The translations under genes and the position numbers were made by a program. The notes under the pieces were generated by a model, which was not told the origin of the DNA, searched no databases, and worked only from the letters and a program-made list of their open reading frames with translations. A DNA stretch of 64,000 nucleotides, from assembly GCA_040954595.2 (NCBI GenBank), contig CM082596.2:10374461-10438460 (forward strand). Direction: 5' to 3'. Numbering within the stretch: the first letter of the stretch is position 1; every line of letters begins with the position of its first letter. Origin of the DNA: Balanoglossus misakiensis (taxonomy: Eukaryota > Animalia > Hemichordata). This document shows positions 20,308 to 32,000 of the stretch, piece by piece.

Positions 20308-20566
20308 CTATTGTTGTAATAAAGTTGCGGTGGTAGCGTAGCCACACACAGTAAAACTTGTGGTATGGCCTGTGTATTGTGTATTAGCCCAGGAGAAGAG
20401 ACAAAACATGTTATTTCTCAAGGTACAACGTATAGAGAGAAATAAATGTTTTGTTGTTTCGTGAGGGCGCTGTTTATGGGAGTATGAATATCAAGTAGGT
20501 GGGGTAATCAGGTCAGTCTACGCGCTACCACCGGCCAGTCAAGTCGCCTTGTGATCCGTTAATTTT
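20308..20566 (+). repeat. Internal B1-A2 junction repeat
   Basis: B1 (20308-20407) directly abuts A2 (20408-20566). Confidence 0.93.
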
Positions 20567-20718
20567 ATTTAGTTTCTTTTCTTTTCTGTTTTGGTTCAGG
20601 GACCCAACGCTTTTTCAGAGGAATTTTCCCTATAAAAGGGTTTTATAAGCTCTGTTTTTTAGGGCGGGGTCTAGGCGCATTTTCTGAGCTGCCATGTAAG
20701 AGTTCAATTGTTGTATCA

Positions 20719-20818
20719 CTATTGTTGTAATAAAGTTGCGGTGGTAGCGTAGCCACACACAGTAAAACTTGTGGTATGGCCTGTGTATTGTGTATTAGCC
20801 CAGGAGAAGAGACAAAAC
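20719..20818 (+). repeat. Split direct repeat B2
   Basis: Identical by eye to 20308-20407. Confidence 0.93.
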
Positions 20819-21261
20819 GTGTTGACTTCCATAGAACTATAAGAACGTGGACTGTTGTCCACGTGGCGCTGGCTGGCATGAATGACTCCCTTTTGGGGGT
20901 CAGGGGTTATTTCCATACCAACGCAACATTCTTCCTTAGCAACGGAAACTGCAGGTGTTTCGAATTGTTGCAAAAACAATTTCTCGCGCGCTGGCGATTC
21001 TTCCCGCCTTTTTCTAGACACATCAGAATCCTTCTTTGTACTCGATTCTGCTAAATGAAAAGATTCCCATGCCTTTTGCAATTCAACATTTTCCTTCTCA
21101 AGTCTCCCTTGTTCCTCACATAACGCATCTTTCCAAGCATTCAAATCTCTCCTATCACCACTCGACAGTGGTGTACTGCTGGCCTGCTCGCGTGTACCAG
21201 TTGCGATACCCGAGTCGATGTTGAATACGACCTCACTATCTAAACCCTCCTTACTAGCCAT
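20819..21261 (-). CDS. gag: Gypsy gag, 5' part
   Basis: ATG at 21261 (MASKEGL...). 443 nt plus the 1009 nt of 16009-15001 gives 1452 nt, an uninterrupted 483-aa frame (…MEVNTSRSPVG…). Confidence 0.85.
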
Positions 21262-21460
21262 CGAACCAACCAGGAACCGACACCAAGAAGACAAAAATAA
21301 CCCCGGCCGTTCGATCCGAATATTCCCTCGCTAAATTTCAACAGCGATAGCGACAGTCGCAACAACGTCTTTATTCCTGACTCGGTTCTCACACACAAAA
21401 TACACGGGCCAGTACCAACCTTATTTTGATCCGTCAAAATGACTGTAAACCACCACCAAG

Positions 21461-21484
21461 TCGAATCCGACCGCTGCCAACCAA
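21461..21484 (-). promoter_or_regulatory. Primer-binding site, tRNA-Leu-like
   Basis: Minus strand TGGTTGGCAGCGGTCGGATTCGA closely complements the metazoan tRNA-Leu 3' end (TCGAATCCCACCGCTGCCACCA), with one extra base and one mismatch. Confidence 0.82.
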
Positions 21485-22075
21485 TGTCGCGGAATTATAT
21501 TTCTAGCTACGCGGGTCCGCAACAAACGCCCGTCACGGTTCGAATCCACGCGGATAGACTGGTGAGGTCCACACACCAAAATAGTTGTCTCGGTAGCGTA
21601 CGCCAATCGCGGGCCCAGCTCAACCTTGATACAATGGGTCTCCCAGAAAGGGCGAAGTAATAACGCACAACACAAATAGCAGCAATAAAAGAAACTCAAT
21701 GTATTACTAAGACGGTCGACAAAAACGTCCGACCTCAGCAGGTTACAGCTCCAATCTCACAACTTCTCCTAAGCACGAGTGAAAACGACGCATCCCTTGA
21801 CAGGTCAGGTGACATGAGCCTCCCACTGCCATTGGCCGAAAGTCGACGGGAAGGCGTGTCCCTGTCATTTTATAGGGAAAGGCAACAAACTGTATTTGGT
21901 CAAACGAACACAACACTAGAACAATCGAATTGAAGTACTCTTTTCTGAACAAGCATGCATAAACTCGCGTTATAAAGAACGCCACCAGTTATCTGTATAC
22001 GAAGGCAGAACAATCTATGGCACTGGTAATAACGTCAGGCAAATGAGAATGACAACATGGAGAATTTCCATCACA
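21485..22075 (-). repeat. Gypsy 5' LTR
   Basis: 591 bp, adjacent to the PBS, same sequence as 5273-5863. Confidence 0.96.
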
Positions 22076-22164
22076 CTATGTATCCACATGTAGAATAACA
22101 AACGTTGTCTTTTATCAAATATAATTAATGGCAAAAAGGGCGGCGAGAGAGAGACTTTGTCCCT
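22076..22164. mobile_element. Right part of the TTAA-flanked palindromic MITE-like element
   Basis: Reverse complement of ~5010-5098; ends TGTCCCT followed by TTAA. Confidence 0.65.
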
Positions 22165-23017
22165 TTAATCGAATTTAAAGGACTTTAATTTAAACGATCC
22201 TACGAGCCAAGTTCGCACCTGGCCGATTTCTCCCACGGACCGACTCCCCTGGATCTTGTATTCGATTCGATCGACAGCGTCATTTAAAGGTCTACGATGG
22301 CGGCGAGATTGTCCGGATTTGTCTGCCCGGGTCGTAGTAGATACAATCTGTAAACATTGCACTGTGGATAGATAGCCATCTCATCTGTTTGTTGGATTTA
22401 TGTACTCCTGTAACGTCCTCATGTACGGGAATTGTGGGATAGCTTCATTTCCGCCGCGAAGAATAAAATATTTTGCTTTCTGAAAATATATTTTGTCATG
22501 CATGTAAAAGAAATTCGCCCGCCGAAACCTGAATTGCGCCCTCATGAAAAAGTTTATTAGTAGCAATAGAAAGAGCGCCCCCATAAGTTGTGTAACTAGA
22601 AATTAGATAAAAATATATTTACATCTGTAAAATAAAATTTTCACCCGCGAAAAGTAATGTTACTTAAAAAAAGTTTTACAAAATTAAATATTTCTTTCCG
22701 GAAATAAAATAATTCTATGTAGTATAGATAATTTTATCTCAAGTCTTAGAAGTTTATTTTGGAAAAAAGTCTTAAAATTTTAGTCTCGGGAAAAAATAAA
22801 ATTGGCTTTCGGAAATTAAACTTTTGTTCTCTAAAATAGGAGTTGTGTAAAGTAAAATTATAGTTTTACTGTCAAAATTAAAAAGTTTACTCCACTGAAA
22901 TTGAAATTGTGTGCGTCAAAATTATAGTTGCCTTCACGAAAACTTTATTTTACTTTTGGGAGGAGATATTGTCTATAATTTTGAAAGTTTAACTTTCAAA
23001 ATAATATTTTAGGCCTG
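22165..23017 (+). repeat. Scaffold segment X, copy 2
   Basis: Near-identical to 37-887 and leads into satellite A at the same junction (AGGCCTGACA|TGATTTTCAC). Confidence 0.93.
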
Positions 23018-26000
23018 ACATGATTTTCACCCATGATTGTTTTCAAAAATCGACGAAATTTTGAGATTTTGCAAAGTCGAAAATTTGTCATTTTCTGATG
23101 ATTTTCACCCATGATTTTTTTCTTTTCAAAAATCGACAAATTTTGAGATTTTGCAAAGTCGAAAATTTGTAATTTTTTGATGATATTCACCCATGTTTTT
23201 TTCAAAAATCGACGAAATTTTGAGATTTTGCAAAGTCGAAAATTTGTCATTTTTTGATGATTTTTACCCATGATTTTTTTTTCAAAAATCGACCAAATTT
23301 TGGGATTTTGCAAAGACGAAAATTTGTCATTTTTTGATGATTTTCACCCATGATTTTTCTCAAAAATCGACGAAATTTAGAGATTTTGCAAGGTCGAAAA
23401 TTTGTCATTTTTTGATGATTTTCACCCATGATTTTTTTCAAAAATCGACGAAATTTTGAGATTTCGCAAAGTCGAAAATTTGTCATTTTTTGATGATTTT
23501 TACCCGTGATTTTTTTTTTCAAAAATCGACTAAATTTTGGGATTTTGCAAAGACGAAAATTTGTCATTTTTTGATGATTTTCACCCATGATTTTTCTCAA
23601 AAATCGACGAAATTTTGAGATTTTGCAAAGTCGAAAATTTGTCATTTTTTGATGATTTTCACCCATGATTTTTTTCAAAAATCGACGAAATTTGAGATTT
23701 TGCAAATTCGAAAATTTGTAATTTTTTGTTGATTTTCACCCGTTTTTTTCAAAAATCAACGAACCCATGATTTTTTTTCAAAAATCGACAAAATTTTGAG
23801 ATTTTGCAAAGCCGAAAATTTGTCATTTTTTGATGATTTTCACCCATGATTTTTCTCAAAAATCGACGAAATTTTGAGATTTTGCAAAGTCGAAAATTTT
23901 TCATTTTTTGATGATTTTCACTCATGATTTTTTTCAAAAATCTACGAAATTTTGAGATTTTGCAAAGTCGAAAATTTGTCATTTTTTGATGATTTTCACC
24001 CATGATTTTTTTGAAAAAATCTGCGAAATTTTGAGATTTTGCAAAGTCGAAAATTTGTCATTTATTAATGATTTTCACCCATGATTTTTTTCAAAAATCG
24101 ACGAAATTTGAGATTTTGCAAATTCGAAAATTTCTAATTTTTTGATGATTTTCACCCATGATTTTTTTTTTCAAAAATCGACAAAATTTTGAGATTTTGC
24201 AAAGTCGAAAATGTGTCATTTTTTGATGATTTTCACCCAAGATTTTTTTCAAAAATCGACGAAATTTGAGATTTTGCAAAGTCGAAAATTTGTCATTTTT
24301 TGATGATTTTTACCCATGATTTTTTTTTTCAAAAATCGACCAAATTTTGAGATTTTGCAAAGTCGAAAATTTGTCATTTTCTGATGATTTTCACCCATGA
24401 TTTTTTTCTTTTCAAAAATCGACAAATTTTGAGATTTTGCAAAGTCGAAAATTTGTAATTTTTTGATGATATTCACCCATGTTTTTTTCAAAAATCGACG
24501 AAATTTTGAGATTTTGCAAAGTCGAAAATTTGTCATTTTTTGATGATTTTTACCCATGATTTTTTTTTCAAAAATCGACCAAATTTTGGGATTTTGCAAA
24601 GACGAAAATTTGTCATTTTTTGATGATTTTCACCCATGATTTTTCTCAAAAATCGACGAAATTTAGAGATTTTGCAAGGTCGAAAATTTGTCATTTTTTG
24701 ATGATTTTCACCCATGATTTTTTTCAAAAATCGACGAAATTTTGAGATTTCGCAAAGTCGAAAATTTGTCATTTTTTGATGATTTTTACCCGTGATTTTT
24801 TTTTTCAAAAATCGACGAAATTTGAGATTTTGCAAATTCGAAAATTTCTAATTTTTTGATGATTTTCACCCATGATTTTTTTTTTCAAAAATCGACAAAA
24901 TTTTGAGATTTTGCAAAGTCGAAAATGTGTCATTTTTTGATGATTTTCACCCAAGATTTTTTTCAAAAATCGACGAAATTTGAGATTTTGCAAAGTCGAA
25001 AATTTGTCATTTTTTGATGATTTTTACCCATGATTTTTTTTTTCAAAAATCGACCAAATTTTGAGATTTTGCAAAGCCGAAAATTTGTCATTTTTTGATG
25101 ATTTTCACCCATGATTTTTCTCAAAAATCGACGAAATTTTGAGATTTTGCAAAGTCGAAAATTTTTCATTTTTTGATGATTTTCACCCATGATTTTTCTC
25201 AAAAAATCGACGAAATTTTGAGATTTTGCAAAGTCGAAAATTTGTCATTTTTTGATGATTTTCACCCATGTTTTTTTTCAAAATTGAACGAACCCATGAT
25301 TTTTTTCAAAAATCGACAAAATTTTGAGATTTTGCAAAGTAGAAAATTTGTCATTTTTTGATGATTTTCACCCATGATTTTTTTCAAAAATCGACGAAAT
25401 TTTGAGATTTTGCTAAGTCGAAAATTTGTCATTTTTTGATGATTTTCACCCATGATTTTTTTTTCAAAAACCGACAAAATTTTGAGATTATGCAAAGTCG
25501 AAAATTTGTCATTTTTTGATTATTTTCACCCATGATTTTTTTCAAAAATCGACAAAATTTTTAGATTTTGCAAAGTCGAAAATTTGTCATTTTTTGATGA
25601 TTTTCACCATGATTTTTTTTTTTAAAAATCGACGAAATTTTGAGATTTTGCAAAGTCGAAAATTTGTCATTTTTTGATGATTTTCACCCATGATTTTTTT
25701 CAAAAATCGACGAAATTTGAGATTTTGCAAAGTCGAAAATTTGTCATTTTTTGATGATTTTCACCCATGATTTTTTTCAAAAATCTACAAAATTTTGAGA
25801 TTTTGCAAAGTCGAAAATTTGTCATTTTTTGATGATTTTCACCCATGATTTTTCTCAAAAATCGACGAAATTTTGAGATTTTGCAAAGTCGAAAATTTGT
25901 CATTTTTTGATGATTTTCACCCATGATTTTTTTTCAAAAATCGACGAAATTTTGAGATTTTGCAAAGTCGAAAATTTGTAATTTTTTGATGATTTTCACC

Positions 26001-29000
26001 CATGTTTTTTTTCAAAATTGAACGAACCCATGATTTTTTTCAAAAATCGACGAAATTTTGAGATTTCGCAAAGTCGAAAATTTGTCATTTTTTGATGATT
26101 TTTACCCGTGATTTTTTTTTTCAAAAATCGACTAAATTTTGGGATTTTGCAAAGACGAAAATTTGTCATTTTTTGATGATTTTCACCCATGATTTTTCTC
26201 AAAAATCGACGAAATTTTGAGATTTTGCAAAGTCGAAAATTTGTCATTTTTTGATGATTTTCACCCATGATTTTTTTCAAAAATCGACGAAATTTGAGAT
26301 TTTGCAAATTCGAAAATTTGTAATTTTTTGTTGATTTTCACCCGTTTTTTTCAAAAATCAACGAACCCATGATTTTTTTTCAAAAATCGACAAAATTTTG
26401 AGATTTTGCAAAGTCGAAAATTTTTCATTTTTTGATGATTTTCACTCATGATTTTTTTCAAAAATCTACGAAATTTTGAGATTTTGCAAAGTCGAAAATT
26501 TGTCATTTTTTGATGATTTTCACCCATGATTTTTTTGAAAAAATCTGCGAAATTTTGAGATTTTGCAAAGTCGAAAATTTGTCATTTATTAATGATTTTC
26601 ACCCATGATTTTTTTCAAAAATCGACGAAATTTGAGATTTTGCAAATTCGAAAATTTCTAATTTTTTGATGATTTTCACCCATGATTTTTTTTTTCAAAA
26701 ATCGACAAAATTTTGAGATTTTGCAAAGTCGAAAATGTGTCATTTTTTGATGATTTTCACCCAAGATTTTTTTCAAAAATCGACGAAATTTGAGATTTTG
26801 CAAAGTCGAAAATTTGTCATTTTTTGATGATTTTTACCCATGATTTTTTTTTTCAAAAATCGACCAAATTTTGAGATTTTGCAAAGTCGAAAATTTGTCA
26901 TTTTCTGATGATTTTCACCCATGATTTTTTTCTTTTCAAAAATCGACAAATTTTGAGATTTTGCAAAGTCGAAAATTTGTAATTTTTTGATGATATTCAC
27001 CCATGTTTTTTTCAAAAATCGACGAAATTTTGAGATTTTGCAAAGTCGAAAATTTGTCATTTTTTGATGATTTTTACCCATGATTTTTTTTTCAAAAATC
27101 GACCAAATTTTGGGATTTTGCAAAGACGAAAATTTGTCATTTTTTGATGATTTTCACCCATGATTTTTCTCAAAAATCGACGAAATTTAGAGATTTTGCA
27201 AGGTCGAAAATTTGTCATTTTTTGATGATTTTCACCCATGATTTTTTTCAAAAATCGACGAAATTTTGAGATTTCGCAAAGTCGAAAATTTGTCATTTTT
27301 TGATGATTTTTACCCGTGATTTTTTTTTTCAAAAATCGACGAAATTTGAGATTTTGCAAATTCGAAAATTTCTAATTTTTTGATGATTTTCACCCATGAT
27401 TTTTTTTTTCAAAAATCGACAAAATTTTGAGATTTTGCAAAGTCGAAAATGTGTCATTTTTTGATGATTTTCACCCAAGATTTTTTTCAAAAATCGACGA
27501 AATTTGAGATTTTGCAAAGTCGAAAATTTGTCATTTTTTGATGATTTTTACCCATGATTTTTTTTTTCAAAAATCGACCAAATTTTGAGATTTTGCAAAG
27601 CCGAAAATTTGTCATTTTTTGATGATTTTCACCCATGATTTTTCTCAAAAATCGACGAAATTTTGAGATTTTGCAAAGTCGAAAATTTTTCATTTTTTGA
27701 TGATTTTCACCCATGATTTTTCTCAAAAAATCGACGAAATTTTGAGATTTTGCAAAGTCGAAAATTTGTCATTTTTTGATGATTTTCACCCATGTTTTTT
27801 TTCAAAATTGAACGAACCCATGATTTTTTTCAAAAATCGACAAAATTTTGAGATTTTGCAAAGTAGAAAATTTGTCATTTTTTGATGATTTTCACCCATG
27901 ATTTTTTTCAAAAATCGACGAAATTTTGAGATTTTGCTAAGTCGAAAATTTGTCATTTTTTGATGATTTTCACCCATGATTTTTTTTTCAAAAACCGACA
28001 AAATTTTGAGATTATGCAAAGTCGAAAATTTGTCATTTTTTGATTATTTTCACCCATGATTTTTTTCAAAAATCGACAAAATTTTTAGATTTTGCAAAGT
28101 CGAAAATTTGTCATTTTTTGATGATTTTCACCATGATTTTTTTTTTTAAAAATCGACGAAATTTTGAGATTTTGCAAAGTCGAAAATTTGTCATTTTTTG
28201 ATGATTTTCACCCATGATTTTTTTCAAAAATCGACGAAATTTGAGATTTTGCAAAGTCGAAAATTTGTCATTTTTTGATGATTTTCACCCATGATTTTTT
28301 TCAAAAATCTACAAAATTTTGAGATTTTGCAAAGTCGAAAATTTGTCATTTTTTGATGATTTTCACCCATGATTTTTCTCAAAAATCGACGAAATTTTGA
28401 GATTTTGCAAAGTCGAAAATTTGTCATTTTTTGATGATTTTCACCCATGATTTTTTTTCAAAAATCGACGAAATTTTGAGATTTTGCAAAGTCGAAAATT
28501 TGTAATTTTTTGATGATTTTCACCCATGTTTTTTTTCAAAATTGAACGAACCCATGATTTTTTTCAAAAATCGACGAAATTTTGAGATTTTGCAAAGACG
28601 AAAATTTGTAATTTTTTGATGATTTTCACCCATGACTTTTTTTCAAAAATTTACGAAATTTTGAGATTTTGCAAAGTCGAAAATTTGTCATTTTTTGAAG
28701 ATTTTCACCCATGATTTTTCTCAAAAATCGACGAAATTTTGAGATTTTGGAAAGTCGAAAATTTGTCATTTTTTGATGATTTTCACCCATGATTTTTTTT
28801 CAAAAATTGACGAAATTTTGAGATTTTGCAAAGTCGAAAATTTGTCATTTATTAATGATTTTCACCGATGATTTTTTTTTTCAAAAATAGACAAAATTTT
28901 GAGATTTTGCAAAGTCGAAAATTTGTAATTTTTTGATGATTTTCACCCATGTTTTTTTCAAAATTGAACGAACCCATGATTTTTTTCAAAAATCGACGAA

Positions 29001-32000
29001 ATTTTTAGATTTTGCAAAGTCGAGAATTTGTCATTTTTTGATGATTTTCACCCATGATTTTTTTCAAAAATCGACGAAATTTTGAGATTTTGCAAAGTCG
29101 AAAATTTGTCATTTTTTGATGATTTTCACCCATGATTTTTTTCAAAAATCGACGAAATTTTTAGATTTTGCAAAGTCGAAAATTTGTAATTTTTTGATGA
29201 TTTTTACCCATGATTTTTTTTTTCAAAAATCGACGAAATTTTGAGATTTTGCAAAGACGAAAATTTGTAATTTTTTGATGATTTTCACCCATGACTTTTT
29301 TCAAAAATTTACGAAATTTTGAGATTTTGCAAAGTCGAAAATTTGTCATTTTTTGATGATTTTCACCCATGTTTTTTTTTTCAAAAATCGACGAAATTTT
29401 GAGATTTTGCAAATTCGAAAATTTGTAATTTTTTGATGATTTTCACCCATGTTTTTTTTCAAAAATCAACGAACCCATGATTTTTTTTTCAAAAATGTAC
29501 GAAATTTTGAGATTTTGCAAAGTCGAAAATTTGTCATTTTTTGATAATTCCACCCATGATTTTTTTCAAAAATCGACAAAATTTTGAGATTTTGCAAAGA
29601 CGAAAATTTGTCATTTTTTGATGATTTTCACCCATGATTTTTTTCAAAAGTCGACGAAATTTTGAGATTTTGCAAAGACAAAAATTTTTCATTTTTTGAT
29701 GATTTTCACCCGTGATTTTTTTCAAAAATCGACAAAATTTTGAGATTTTGCAAAGTCGAAAATTTGACATTTTTTGATGATTTTCACCCATGTTTTTTTT
29801 CAAAAATCAACGACCCATGATTTTTTTTCAAAAATCGACGAAATTTAGAGATTTTGCAAAGTCGAAAATTTGTCATTTCTTAATGATTTTCACCCATGTT
29901 TTTTTTTCAAAAATCGACAAAATTTTGAGATTTTGCAAAGTCGAAAATTTGTAATTTTTTGATGATTTTCACCAATGTTTTTTTTTAAAAATCAACGAAC
30001 CCATGATTTTTTTCAAAAATTGACAACATTTTGAGATTTTGCAAAGTCGAAAATTTGTCATTTTTTGATGATTTTCTACCATGATTTTTTTCAAAAATCG
30101 ACGAAATTTAGAGATTTTGCAAAGTCGAAAATTTGTCATTTTTTGATGATTTTCACCCATGATTTTTTTTTCAAAAACCGACAAAATTTTGAGATTTTGC
30201 AAAGTCGAAAATTTGTCATTTTTTGATTATTTTCACCCATGATTTTTTTCAAAAATCGACAAAATTTTTAGATATTGCAAAGTCGAAAATTTGTCAATTT
30301 TTGATGATTTTCACCATGATTTTTTTTTAAAAAATCGACGAAATTTTGAGATTTTGCAAAGTCGAAAATTTGTCATTTTTTGATGATTTTCACCCATGAT
30401 TTTTTTCAAAAATCGACGAAATTTGAGATTTTGCAAAGTCGAAAATTTGTCATTTTTTGATGATTTTCACCCATGTTTTTTTTCAAAAATCAACGAACCC
30501 ATGATTTTTTTTTCAAAAATCGACCAAATTTTGGAATTTTGCAAAGACGAAAATTTGTCATTTTTTGATGATTTTCACCCATGATTTTTCTCAAAAATCG
30601 ACGAAATTTTGAGATTTTGCAAAGTCGAAAATTTGTCATTTTTTGATGATTTTCACCCATGATTTTTTTTTCAAAAACCGACAAAATTTTGAGATTTTGC
30701 AAAGTCGAAAATTTGTCATTTTTTGATTATTTTCACCCATGATTTTATTCAAAAATCGACAAAATTTTTAGATTTTGCAAAGTCGAAAATTTGTCATTTT
30801 TTGATGATTTTCACCCATGATTTTTTTCAAAAATCGACGAAATTTGAGATTTTGCAAATTCGAAAATTTGTAATTTTTTGTTGATTTTCACCCTTTTTTT
30901 TCAAAAATCAACGAACCCATGCATTTTTTTTCAAAAATCGACAAAATTTTGAGATTTTGCAAAGCCGAAAATTTGTCATTTTTTGATGATTTTCACCCAT
31001 GATTTTTCTCAAAAATCGACGAAATTTTGAGATTTTGCAAAGTCGAAAATTTTTCATTTTTTGATGATTTTCACCCATGATTTTTTTCAAAAATCTACGA
31101 AATTTTGAGATTTTGCAAAGACGAAAATTTGTCATTTTTTGATGATTTTCACCCATGATTTTTTTCAAAAATCTGCGAAATTTTGAGATTTTGCAAAGTC
31201 GAAAATTTGTCATTTATTAATGATTTTCACCCATGATTTTTTTCAAAAATCGACGAAATTTGAGATTTTGCAAATTCGAAAATTTGTAATTTTTTGATGA
31301 TTTTCACCCTTTTTTTTCAAAAGCCGAAAATTTGTCATTTTTTGATGATTTTCACCCATGATTTTTCTCAAAAATCGACGAAATTTTGAGATTTTGCAAA
31401 GTCGAAAATTTTTCATTTTTTGATGATTTTCAACCATGATTTTTTTCAAAAATCTACGAAATTTTGAGATTTTGCAAAGTCGAAAATTTGTCATTTTTTG
31501 ATGATTTTCACCCATGATTTTTTTCAAAAATCTGCGAAATTTTGAGATTTTGCAAAGTCGAAAATTTGTCATTTATTAATGATTTTCACCCATGATTTTT
31601 TTTCAAAAATCGACAAAATTTTGAGATTTTGCAAAGTCGAAAATTTGTAATTTTTTGATGATTTTCACCCATGTTTTTTTTCAAAAATCAACGAACCCAT
31701 GATTTTTTTCAAAAATCGACAACATTTTGAGATTTTGCAAAGTCGAAAATTTGTCATTTTTTGATGATTTTCACCCATGATTTTTCTCAAAAATCGACGA
31801 AATTTTGAGATTTTGCAAAGTCGAAAATTTTTCATTTTTTGATGATTTTCAGCCATGATTCTTTTCAAAAATCTACGAAATGTTGAGATTTTGCAAAGTC
31901 GAAAATTTGTCATTTTTTGATGATTTTTTGATGATTTTCATCCATGATTTTTTTTCAAAAATCTGCGAAATTTTGAGATTTTGCAAAGTCGAAAATTTGT

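Larger units (their letters stand above)
16010..20818 (+). mobile_element. Tyrosine-recombinase retrotransposon (DIRS order) with split direct repeats A1-ORFs-B1A2-B2; PAT-like because it has a methyltransferase-like domain
   Basis: A1 16010-16168 = A2 20408-20566 (159 bp); B1 20308-20407 = B2 20719-20818 (100 bp). Encodes gag, RT/RH/MT and YR. No TSD, and excision restores the Gypsy gag frame. Confidence 0.93.
5273..22075 (-). mobile_element. Full-length Gypsy/Ty3 LTR retrotransposon carrying three nested insertions
   Basis: 591-bp TG...CA LTRs, CTAT TSD (5269-5272 and 22076-22079), PBS, PPT, and gag-PR-RT-RH-IN domain order. Confidence 0.97.

Noticed and set aside
21461-21484. tRNA gene
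   Set aside because: Only the 3'-terminal ~22 nt match; this is the PBS.
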